Both the position numbers and the translations under genes were made by a program. This document shows positions 36,785 to 44,574 of a DNA stretch of 64,000 nucleotides, piece by piece. How positions within the stretch are numbered: position 1 is the first letter of the stretch; each line of letters begins with the position of its first letter. The notes under the pieces are model-generated. The model ran no database searches and had not been told where the DNA came from. It was given only the letters and a program-made list of their open reading frames with translations. Origin of the DNA: Bryobacterales bacterium (GTDB lineage Bacteria; Acidobacteriota; Terriglobia; Bryobacterales; Bryobacteraceae); assembly GCA_963710155.1 (NCBI GenBank), contig CAVPZQ010000010.1, positions 4,358 to 68,357 on the forward strand. Reading direction: 5' to 3'.

Positions 36785-37048
36785 ATGATCAAGATCACCA
36801 GGCTGAACCACACCCCGTTAATCGTGAATTCAGATTTAATTGAGCACATCGAGGTCACGCCGGATACGGTGATCACGCTGACGTCGGGTCAAAAATACAT
36901 GGTCCTGGAGACCACTGAAGAAATCATTGAGCGGGTCATCTCCTTCCGCCAGTGCCTGCTTCGCAATCAGTCTTTCCCATCCACGCTGGCCCCGGGAACG
37001 AATCCGGCGGTCAATTTGGGAACAGGAGAGCCGCGGTCCAATGGCTGA
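36785..37048 (+). CDS. flbD: flagellar protein FlbD
   Basis: 87 aa from the ATG at 36785. MIKITRLNHTPLIVNSDLIEHIEVTPDTVITLTSGQKYMVLETTEEIIERV is the FlbD family signature. It sits directly upstream of motA, as in Firmicutes and spirochaetes. Confidence 0.85.
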   Translation: MIKITRLNHTPLIVNSDLIEHIEVTPDTVITLTSGQKYMVLETTEEIIERVISFRQCLLRNQSFPSTLAPGTNPAVNLGTGEPRSNG

Positions 37049-37901
37049 AAAGAAAGCCGCGGGTAAATCCAACCATCGAGCCTCGCGTCCGGACATTGCC
37101 AGCATCCTCGGGATCATCGTCGCCGTCGGCGGCATCATCGGCGGATTGGTGATGGAGGGCGGCAAGGTTTCTGACGTCACCCAGGTCACTGCCGCCATCG
37201 TGGTGCTGGGCGGAACGCTGGGCGCCGTCATGATCACTTCTCCCTTGCAGACTTTGATCAGCGCGGCCAAGAGCCTGAAGAAGGTGTTTTTCGAGGAAGT
37301 CACCGATCCTCACGCCGCCGTGGAGGAAATCATCCGCTACGCTACCAAGGCACGCAAGAACAGCATCATTTCGCTCGAAGAAGACCTGGACAAGATCGCC
37401 GACCCGTTTCTGCGCAAGGCGCTTTCGCTGGCGGTCGACGGCACCGACCTGCAAGAGCTGCGCAGCATGATGGAACTGGAGCTTACACAAGCCGAGCAGC
37501 ATGCCGAAAGCGATGCGAAAGTGTTCGAAGCCGCCGGCGGTTATTCGCCCACCATCGGCATCATCGGTGCAGTCATGGGCTTGATCCAGGTGATGAAGCA
37601 CCTGGAAAACATCGAAGAAGTGGGCCGCGGAATCGCCGTGGCGTTCGTAGCCACGGTCTACGGCGTCGCAGTCGCGAATCTATTTTTCCTCCCTGCCGCG
37701 AGCAAGATCAAAGCCCGAATCCATAACGACGTTTCCGCCAAGGAACTGATGCTCGAAGGCGTGATCAGTATCGTCGAGGGCATGAATCCCAAGCTAATTC
37801 GCGTGAAACTCGAAGCGTTCCTGCATGGCGAGGCCGGCGCGAAAAAAGCCAAGGCCGGGTCCGCGGCAGCCGAGGCCGGCCACGCCGTGACGGCCGGCTA
37901 A
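37041..37901 (+). CDS. motA: flagellar stator protein MotA (set 2)
   Basis: 286 aa from the ATG at 37041 (AGGAGAG upstream; overlaps the flbD stop). MotA channel region GYSPTIGIIGAVMGLI..., AFVATVYGVAVANLFFLPAA. Confidence 0.85.
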   Translation: MAEKKAAGKSNHRASRPDIASILGIIVAVGGIIGGLVMEGGKVSDVTQVTAAIVVLGGTLGAVMITSPLQTLISAAKSLKKVFFEEVTDPHAAVEEIIRYATKARKNSIISLEEDLDKIADPFLRKALSLAVDGTDLQELRSMMELELTQAEQHAESDAKVFEAAGGYSPTIGIIGAVMGLIQVMKHLENIEEVGRGIAVAFVATVYGVAVANLFFLPAASKIKARIHNDVSAKELMLEGVISIVEGMNPKLIRVKLEAFLHGEAGAKKAKAGSAAAEAGHAVTAG

Positions 37902-37907
37902 ACCTTC

Positions 37908-38738
37908 ATGGCCAGGCGGAAAAAACAAGCGGCTCACGAGAATCACGAGCGTTGGCTGGTATCCTACGCCGACTTCATCACCCTGCTGTTCGCGTTCTTC
38001 GTGGTGATGTTCGCTTCCTCGCAAACCGACAAATCCCGCGCCAAACAAATTTCAGAAGCCGTCGAAAAAGCTTTGGCCGATGGCAAAACGCTGGGCGTCC
38101 CTCCGGCCGTTGCCAAGATTCTCGGCGGTACGGTGGACGATCGCGGACAGGGCAACGCCCAGATGAGAGGGCCGGGCGGATCGCAAAAATCGACGAAAGA
38201 AACCGCGCCCGAGAACATCGTCGAGCTGACGCCTTCGATGAGGAAGTTGACCACAGACTTGGCCAGCGAGATCAAGGCCGGTTCGGTGGAGGTCAACCTG
38301 GAGCCGCGCGGCCTGGTGGTCAGCCTGAAACAGACGGCGTTTTTTCCGTCGGGCACCGATGCTATCGATCCTTCCACCTATCCGATTCTCGAAAAAGTCG
38401 CGGATGCGCTGAACGCCTTGTCGAATCCCTTGCGCATCGAAGGCCACACCGATTCGGTTCCCATCCACACCGTCCGTTTCCGCAGTAACTGGGAGCTATC
38501 GGCCGCGCGCAGCATTTCAATGATGGAAGTGATGGCGAGCCGCTTCCACGTAGACCGGCAGCGTGTGGCGATTGTGGGTTTCGCCGACACCGCGCCGCAA
38601 ACCTCCAATGACACCGAGGAAGGCCGCGCGCGCAACCGCCGCGTGGATATCGTAATTCAAAATAACTATATGGTTTCGCCGCTGGCGCTGAAGACGCCGC
38701 GTCCAGGGTCAGCTTCCGGAAGTCAAATAGTCAAATAA
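37908..38738 (+). CDS. motB: flagellar stator protein MotB (set 2, OmpA-like)
   Basis: 276 aa. HERWLVSYADFITLLFAFFVVMF (plug/TM with conserved Asp). OmpA-like end IEGHTDSVPI..., NWELSAARS, NRRVDIVI. Confidence 0.9.
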   Translation: MARRKKQAAHENHERWLVSYADFITLLFAFFVVMFASSQTDKSRAKQISEAVEKALADGKTLGVPPAVAKILGGTVDDRGQGNAQMRGPGGSQKSTKETAPENIVELTPSMRKLTTDLASEIKAGSVEVNLEPRGLVVSLKQTAFFPSGTDAIDPSTYPILEKVADALNALSNPLRIEGHTDSVPIHTVRFRSNWELSAARSISMMEVMASRFHVDRQRVAIVGFADTAPQTSNDTEEGRARNRRVDIVIQNNYMVSPLALKTPRPGSASGSQIVK

Positions 38739-39638
38739 ACTGCTTTTGGGCATCGTGGACTCGGCCTCAATGGCGGCCTGGTAGCTGGCCTGCTGCTGCG
38801 TCATCGCGACGCTCGCCGCTGCCATATCGGTGTCTTTCAAACTACTGAGCGCCGTCTGATCCTGCAGCTGGAATTTCTGCGCCACGTCCTGCGCGTTCGA
38901 GATCTGATTTTGCACGCCGCCATAGAAAGCCAGCTGCTGCGAGAGATAATCCTGCGCGGTATTGAGGGAGCTGATAGCCGTGTTGATTCCAGCGGTATCG
39001 TTGTTCGCCAACGCCACGCGCAGGCTATTCACCGCCGCGAAGATGTTGTTGCTGGCCAAGGTGTCGTCGGGATTGCGATTGTCGAAAATATTTTGCGCGG
39101 TCTTCGAAGCCGCGAAAGTAATTCCCGAGGCATCCTGAATCAGAGCTGTGGATTGGGTAGTCACCAGACGATCCACCCCGTTCGGATTACTGAGATCCAC
39201 CTGGTAGGAAGCCGTCGTCGGCTGATCGCCGCCGAACACATAGGCCCCGTTGAACTGCGTCTGGCTGACGCCCACCAGCGAAGTGAGGATCTGCCCGACC
39301 TGCTGTGAAAATGTGGCGCGGCTAGCCGCCGACGCCGTGGTGCCGGCGCCTTGCGCCGCGATGCTCGATACCTGATCCAGCAGGCTGGTGGCGGTCTCGA
39401 GCGCCGATTCCGCGCTGTTGACTTGACCCGAAACCAGGTTCAGATTGCTGGTCACCTGGTTCACGCTCCCCAGGTCGGATTCGAGCTGCAGAACGTCGCC
39501 CACCGCATTCGGCGCGTCCGACGCCTGGCTGATCTTGCTGCCGGAAGAAATCTGCTGTTGGGTCTGGGCCATCTGCTGCTGCAGCAAGTCTAGATTCGTC
39601 AGGAATTGCTGACTGATGGCGCCTGAATTTTGAATCAA
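38709..39638 (-). CDS. flgL: flagellar hook-filament junction protein FlgL
   Basis: 309 aa. Flagellin-like N- and C-terminal helices; follows flgK. Confidence 0.85.
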   Translation of the reverse strand: MIQNSGAISQQFLTNLDLLQQQMAQTQQQISSGSKISQASDAPNAVGDVLQLESDLGSVNQVTSNLNLVSGQVNSAESALETATSLLDQVSSIAAQGAGTTASAASRATFSQQVGQILTSLVGVSQTQFNGAYVFGGDQPTTASYQVDLSNPNGVDRLVTTQSTALIQDASGITFAASKTAQNIFDNRNPDDTLASNNIFAAVNSLRVALANNDTAGINTAISSLNTAQDYLSQQLAFYGGVQNQISNAQDVAQKFQLQDQTALSSLKDTDMAAASVAMTQQQASYQAAIEAESTMPKSSLFDYLTSGS

Positions 39639-39658
39639 GGGATGGCCTCTTTCTTCGT

Positions 39659-41083
39659 CTACGCGGTCGTCATGCTGAGCAGCGCCTGGGACAGCGTATC
39701 GATGACGCTGACCATCTTGCTGGCTGCCTGATAGCCTTGTTGCAATTGCAGTACCTGCGCCGCTTCAGCGTCGAGCGACACTCCCGACACCTGCGTCTGT
39801 AGCGACCGCGATTGCGCCAGTAACTGCGCCGACAGATTGCTGCCGGTTTGTGCGTCAGAGGCGCTCTGACCCGCTTGGGTTGCCATATTGCTCAAGTACT
39901 GGAGAATCGTTTGTCCGGAAATTTGGTCGGCCGGGGCAGTGGAGTTGCCCAGTCCCGCCAATTGCAGTGCGGCGCCGTTTGAAACCAGCGGCGGTCCCGC
40001 GCTTACCGGCGCTAGCGTACCCGCCGTAATGTTCGGATCGAGCGTCAGCGTTTGCGCGATATCGGCCGGACTCGCCGCATTATAGGCGAACAGCGGACTT
40101 CCCGCCTGCCCGCCGGAGGTCTGCGCCGAGGTCAAGATCGAATTCACGCGGTCCGCCACCTGCTGCGCCAATTGGTTCAAAGCGCCCTGCTGTTGTCCAT
40201 CCCCTTGCAGCGACGGCAGCACGGTGTTGCGGACATTCAGCAGCCCGCCCAAGCTTCCCTGCGAAATCTGAGAAGTGATGTCCTGCCCGTTCGCATCCAG
40301 AATGCGCGCGTCCGGCGTAGCGTTCGGAATAGCCGGGGTGCCAGTGGGCGCAAAACTGGCCTGGAGGGTGTACTGCTGCGCTCCGATCACCAGCGGCGTT
40401 TGCCCGCCCAGCAGCACCGTCGCCGTGCCATTGGGTTGGAACGACACGGTGATATCAGCAAGCTGCGAAAGCGATTCGAGCGATGCGTGCAGATTCGCGT
40501 CCAGTCCAGCATCCGGAGTGGGATTGTTTTGAATCGCAATATTCGCCTGCTGAATCGCCGCCGTGAGCGTGTTGATCTGGCTCACGTTGGAGGTGATCTG
40601 CTGATTTACGCTAGTGGTGATCTGCGAAAGACTGGCCGCGGCCGATTGAAAACTCTGCGCCACGGACTGCGCCTGGCTTAGAACGGCCTGCGCGCTGGTG
40701 GTGTTGGGCGTTGCGGCCCACGCCGAAAAGCTCTGGAACAAGTTGTTGAGCGAGCCGGTCACGCCTGTTTGCCCCGTAACGTCAAACAACGATTGAATGG
40801 TCGCCAGCGGGTTCGATTCCCCTGTGTAGTAACCTTGCGCCGAAAGCTGCGTCCGCACCGCCTGGTTGGCGTATTCGTTTTGCGTGCTCTGCGTGCCGCC
40901 GAATGTCACGCCGCCGGTGAGGCCCGCGGGAAGATTGAAAGCCTGTGACTCGAGCTGGGCAACCTGGCGCGCGTAACCGGGGGTAGACGCGTTGCTGACG
41001 TTATTCTGCGACACTGCCAGCGCGCTTTCGATGCTGCGCAGCGCGTCAACGCTGTTACTCAAAGAGCTGAAAAGTCCGCCCAT
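39659..41083 (-). CDS. flgK: flagellar hook-filament junction protein FlgK
   Basis: 474 aa. N-terminus ALAVSQNNVSNASTPGYARQ and C-terminus VSLDAEAAQVLQLQQGYQAASKMVSVIDTL. Confidence 0.9.
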   Translation of the reverse strand: MGGLFSSLSNSVDALRSIESALAVSQNNVSNASTPGYARQVAQLESQAFNLPAGLTGGVTFGGTQSTQNEYANQAVRTQLSAQGYYTGESNPLATIQSLFDVTGQTGVTGSLNNLFQSFSAWAATPNTTSAQAVLSQAQSVAQSFQSAAASLSQITTSVNQQITSNVSQINTLTAAIQQANIAIQNNPTPDAGLDANLHASLESLSQLADITVSFQPNGTATVLLGGQTPLVIGAQQYTLQASFAPTGTPAIPNATPDARILDANGQDITSQISQGSLGGLLNVRNTVLPSLQGDGQQQGALNQLAQQVADRVNSILTSAQTSGGQAGSPLFAYNAASPADIAQTLTLDPNITAGTLAPVSAGPPLVSNGAALQLAGLGNSTAPADQISGQTILQYLSNMATQAGQSASDAQTGSNLSAQLLAQSRSLQTQVSGVSLDAEAAQVLQLQQGYQAASKMVSVIDTLSQALLSMTTA

Positions 41084-41096
41084 CGCGTGGATCCTC

Positions 41097-41468
41097 CTAA
41101 CCCTCGAAAGAGCTTCGCGATTCGGTGGGCGTCAGCACCGGCAGCCCCTGCGCGGAGTACCCGGTTCCCATCCGGATTTGCAATAAGCCCATGCAATAGT
41201 TCGACCCATGCTCGAACTGAAGTTTCAGAAGCCCGGCCCGCTGGCGGATCCTCAGGATCGCCTGCCGGACCGCAGGATTATTCCGCGGCTTGAATTCGTC
41301 CGTCATCGAGCCGTGCGTGGCTTCGAGCAATGCAGCCACCTGCCCTAGTTCGGTCTCCCACTGCGCGAGCATTTCCGTCCCGGGAACCAATTCCCCGCTC
41401 TGGATTTCACGCAGCATGTTTTCGGCGCGCTGGCAAACTTCCAGCGCCGATTCTTGTTGGGAATTCAT
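41097..41468 (-). CDS. flgN: FlgN-like flagellar chaperone
   Basis: 123-aa helical ORF between flgM and flgK (the canonical flgN position). Sequence support is weak. Confidence 0.5.
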   Translation of the reverse strand: MNSQQESALEVCQRAENMLREIQSGELVPGTEMLAQWETELGQVAALLEATHGSMTDEFKPRNNPAVRQAILRIRQRAGLLKLQFEHGSNYCMGLLQIRMGTGYSAQGLPVLTPTESRSSFEG

Positions 41469-41477
41469 AGGACCGGC

Positions 41478-41771
41478 CTAGTCCCCGTACTGGGCAGCCG
41501 AGACCATGGAGGAGGCAAGCGCAGCGGTATCCACTTTATACTGACCGGATTGAACCAGAGCCCGCAGACTCTGCGTAATACTCGCCCGATCGGATAATCC
41601 AGCAGCCTGCGCGGTTTGAACCAACCCCGCCTGACTTCCGAGATCCACCCCATCCCCCGCGGTCTGCGCAGACGGCGTGCGGCCAAAGGCTTGGCTCTGG
41701 GCCTTAGATGGCTCTTGGACTCGGTCGCTTTGTGGCATTGAGATGTTCAAGAGATTATTCTCTAATTTCAT
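41478..41771 (-). CDS. flgM: anti-sigma-28 factor FlgM
   Basis: 97 aa from the ATG at 41771 (AAGGAG 8 nt upstream). The ORF-track start 41795 lies inside the promoter -10 element. C-terminal FlgM block ITQSLRALVQSGQYKVDTAALASSMV. Confidence 0.8.
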   Translation of the reverse strand: MKLENNLLNISMPQSDRVQEPSKAQSQAFGRTPSAQTAGDGVDLGSQAGLVQTAQAAGLSDRASITQSLRALVQSGQYKVDTAALASSMVSAAQYGD

Positions 41772-41786
41772 TGGACTGCTCCTTCT

Positions 41787-41813
41787 ATATCGCAAGAACC
41801 CCCCGGTTGTAGA
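41787..41813 (-). promoter_or_regulatory. sigma-28-type promoter of flgMN-flgKL
   Basis: The minus strand reads TCTA-N15-TGCGATAT, 15 nt before the flgM ATG. Confidence 0.6.
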
Positions 41814-41843
41814 GTTCTTTCTTACCTGAGACCCGAAGCGCTC

Positions 41844-42611
41844 TCAGGCCGCCGCTTTTTCCCGCGCTCCCCTAAGGTCCGGAGTACTCCGGCCGGGCGC
41901 CATTCTTAGAATCCGAACTGCATAGTTTCCATCCACCGCTACTACTTCGCCATAAGCCAGCACACAGTTGTTTACCCGAATTTCCACTTCATCGCCCAGA
42001 TCCTGATCCAGTTCGACGATCGATCCGTTCGTCAAATGCAGCAGATCTTTCATAAACATCTTGGTGCGCCCCAGTGACACGCTCACGGGCATCGTGACAT
42101 CCATCAGAATCTCGGCCAAATTTGCGCCAGCGTTTGCCAGGGTCTCCACATCTTTCTGTGCTTCATCATTCGCGGAAGCGCCTAGCGCCGCTTCCAAATC
42201 CGGACTGACACTGAAGTGAATGACCACCTCGGCTTCGGTCTCACGCGTGATCGTCAGCGGCAGCGAAGTCCACTCCGCCGCCGGCGCTTCCGAACGTTCT
42301 GCTTCGAGGCACGTGACTTCCGCGCCAAACCGGCTGCGGGCCGTTTGTTCCACCAGCGGAGTAATCCGCGCCGCCAGCTCATCGGCGGCGAATAGGGTCT
42401 CCCAAGTTTCCGGCGAAGCTCCCAGAAGAATGCGGCTGGACGGGTCGAAGCTCAGGCCGCTCGACCACCAGATGAAATCGGACAGCGCCGGTTCTGCACT
42501 TTCGCTCGGCGTAACGCTGGTGATTCCCGAATTTCCCTGCGACAACTGCGCCTTGAGTTCCTTCGCGAAAACATCCAGCAGGCTTTTGATGGATGGGTTG
42601 ATGTGGGTCAC
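41844..42611 (-). CDS. FliN/FliY-family switch protein with a long unrecognised N-terminal domain
   Basis: 255 aa. The C-terminal ~75 aa form a SpoA/FliN domain (VSVSLGRTKMFMKDLLHLTNGSIVELDQDLGDEVEIRVNNCVLAYGEVVAVDGNYAVRI). The N-terminal ~170 aa have no motif I recognise. Confidence 0.7.
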   Translation of the reverse strand: MTHINPSIKSLLDVFAKELKAQLSQGNSGITSVTPSESAEPALSDFIWWSSGLSFDPSSRILLGASPETWETLFAADELAARITPLVEQTARSRFGAEVTCLEAERSEAPAAEWTSLPLTITRETEAEVVIHFSVSPDLEAALGASANDEAQKDVETLANAGANLAEILMDVTMPVSVSLGRTKMFMKDLLHLTNGSIVELDQDLGDEVEIRVNNCVLAYGEVVAVDGNYAVRILRMAPGRSTPDLRGAREKAAA

Positions 42612-42612
42612 G

Positions 42613-43380
42613 TTAGTAGACTCCCCGCGGCGTCGGCCAACGCCGTTCGATGTAGTTGCGCAGGCGGAGAACCGCTTGCGCCTTGATTTGCGAAATACGC
42701 GTGATATGCAGGTCCAGAATGGGTGCGATCTCGCGAATGTTCTGTCCCTGCCGGTAATAAAGGTCCAGCACCAGGCGCTCCGGACCAGGCAGCTTCTCCA
42801 GGCCTTCCTGAATCAGTTTCTGCAATTCCGAGCGTTCCAGAATCAGGGCAGGCGAGTCGCTCCCTTTGTCAGCGAGATAACTTACCAGGCCGCGCGAGTC
42901 ATCCTCGTTGAGAGGCGCGTCCAGACTCCCGATGCTGATGCCACGCAAATCCGTGAGCCATTCCTGATACTCGCGCAGAGGGAGCCCCATCTCCGCGGCG
43001 ATCTCCTCTTCGGTCGGCGCCCGCTGCAAGCGCTGCTCCAAGGTGTTGAGCGCGCTATGAACCACCTTCAATCTCTTGCGCTTGTGGGGGGCGATGCCAT
43101 CCATGCCGCGCACACTATCCAGGATCGCGCCGCGGATTTTATATTCGGCGTAGGTCTTGAGCTTGACGTTGAACGACGCGTCGAAATTGTCAATCGCGTT
43201 GATCAGGCCAATGATCCCGATGGAGATCAGATCCTCCAGATTCGTATTGCCGGGAAGTTTTTCATGAATCCGCGTGGCGATCCAATTCACCTGCGGCAGG
43301 TGTTCCAGAATCAACTGCTCACGGGTGGCCGTGACATTCTCCGGCTGCTCGGAATACGCGGACGTGCTGAGAGTCGCCAT
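42613..43380 (-). CDS. fliA: RNA polymerase sigma-28 factor FliA
   Basis: 255 aa. Regions 2, 3 and 4 of the sigma-70 family with FliA-type blocks (LEDLISIGIIGLINAIDNFD, YAEYKIRGAILD, LDLYYRQGQNIREIAPILDLHITRISQIK). Located after flhA-flhF. Confidence 0.9.
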   Translation of the reverse strand: MATLSTSAYSEQPENVTATREQLILEHLPQVNWIATRIHEKLPGNTNLEDLISIGIIGLINAIDNFDASFNVKLKTYAEYKIRGAILDSVRGMDGIAPHKRKRLKVVHSALNTLEQRLQRAPTEEEIAAEMGLPLREYQEWLTDLRGISIGSLDAPLNEDDSRGLVSYLADKGSDSPALILERSELQKLIQEGLEKLPGPERLVLDLYYRQGQNIREIAPILDLHITRISQIKAQAVLRLRNYIERRWPTPRGVY

Positions 43381-43386
43381 TCCGTG

Positions 43387-44574
43387 TTACGCAACCGCCT
43401 GTGCGCGTGCCTTCGCGGGTTCCGCCGGCATGCTCAGCAGATCTTTGTACGATGCCGGACGAATGTCGTTGGGGATGCCCGGTCCGTGCGCTACAAACGA
43501 GAGTTTCAACCCCGCCCGTGCCGCTTCGGAAAATATCGAGCCGAACGATTGCGTCTCATCCAACTTCGTCACCAGTAATTTAGTTGGCCGGAAAGGCGCG
43601 TATCTTTCGATGCAAAGACGTAGATCGCGAGCCTTCATGTATCCCGGAACGACCAGGTGCACGTCGAGCTGCGGGCATTCCGCGAACGCCGCCGCCGCCG
43701 CTTCGGCTGCCTTCGAATCGGCGCCGGAATATCCCGGAGTATCCACAAATACAGTTTCTGTTTGACGGGTTTCCGCGATCAGCCCAGGCAGCAGGTACGC
43801 CGCCGGCACTTCCTCGAACGCGATATTGTTCGCGTTGGCCACGGCTTGAAGCTGCACATGCGCGGCAGCCCGCGACATATCGAGCGACAGCAGCCGCGCC
43901 GGCCGATCGTTCGCGAAGCGCGCCCGCAACACGGCGAGTTTTGCCAAGCTGGTGGTCTTGCCGGCACCCCGCGGGCCCACTAAGACCACGGCTGGGTTCT
44001 CGTCAACACCCAGGCGCGGAGCTAAGCCCACACGGCTTTCCAGCTCTACCCGAAGAAATGCTTCTAAGCGTCCCCAATCGGCGCGCTGCGGTTTCCAGCG
44101 GTTGCCGGCGTTTCCCGTGCCCGTAGAAAACGTGTCGGTAGCCAAAGTCGCTTCCAGGCGATCGATAATATCCTTGCCCAGCGCGGGTTCTATTTCAGCC
44201 GCCATCAAGTGTGCGTAAACATCGGCGAGTTCCGGAACCGCCCGCTGCATGGTCAACTGCGCCTGCGAAGAACGAAGCAATAAAGTCCGGATCTCATCGA
44301 TTTGCTGGTGCAATTGCTCCAGACTGTGCGTGTGCACTTCCGGCGCAGCGCTTTCTACCTTGGGCACCGGAAGCGAAGCAGGCGCTTCCGCAGCTAGTCC
44401 CCCGCTGACCACTCCGAAGATGACCTCGTAGTTCATCCCGCTAGGATGATCCGCCGGCGCCTTCCGTGTATTGAGAAGCATCGCCTCTTCGCCCAGTTCT
44501 TCCCTGGCTTGCGCCATGGCCTGGTCGACGGACTTCGCGAAATAAGATTTGATTCGCATCTGATCACGCTTCAT
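43387..44574 (-). CDS. flhF: flagellar biosynthesis GTPase FlhF
   Basis: 395 aa. SRP-type G domain (VVLVGPRGAGKTTSLAKLA, VDTPGYS, LVTKLDET). Follows flhA. Confidence 0.85.
   Translation of the reverse strand: MKRDQMRIKSYFAKSVDQAMAQAREELGEEAMLLNTRKAPADHPSGMNYEVIFGVVSGGLAAEAPASLPVPKVESAAPEVHTHSLEQLHQQIDEIRTLLLRSSQAQLTMQRAVPELADVYAHLMAAEIEPALGKDIIDRLEATLATDTFSTGTGNAGNRWKPQRADWGRLEAFLRVELESRVGLAPRLGVDENPAVVLVGPRGAGKTTSLAKLAVLRARFANDRPARLLSLDMSRAAAHVQLQAVANANNIAFEEVPAAYLLPGLIAETRQTETVFVDTPGYSGADSKAAEAAAAAFAECPQLDVHLVVPGYMKARDLRLCIERYAPFRPTKLLVTKLDETQSFGSIFSEAARAGLKLSFVAHGPGIPNDIRPASYKDLLSMPAEPAKARAQAVA

Noticed and set aside
41772-41795. Longer ORF-track starts for flgM (41795), fliS (TTG 48099), flgF (53334), ORF35464 (35437) and the FkbM::GT2 gene (24492).
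   Set aside because: The extensions contain the predicted promoter elements or overlap the upstream gene. Downstream starts have better context (SD or promoter-proximal position) and give normal family N-termini.
42220-43578. 452-aa plus-strand ORF. Similar long ORFs occur at 279..872(-), 7709..8728(-), 10723..11811(-), 18185..19135(+), 25300..26322(+) and 50875..51675(+).
   Set aside because: All lie antisense to genes with strong family motifs (fliA/flhF/FliY-like, histidine kinase, DUF2252, PSCyt and others). They have the Arg/Gly/Pro-rich, low-information composition typical of shadow ORFs in GC-rich DNA.
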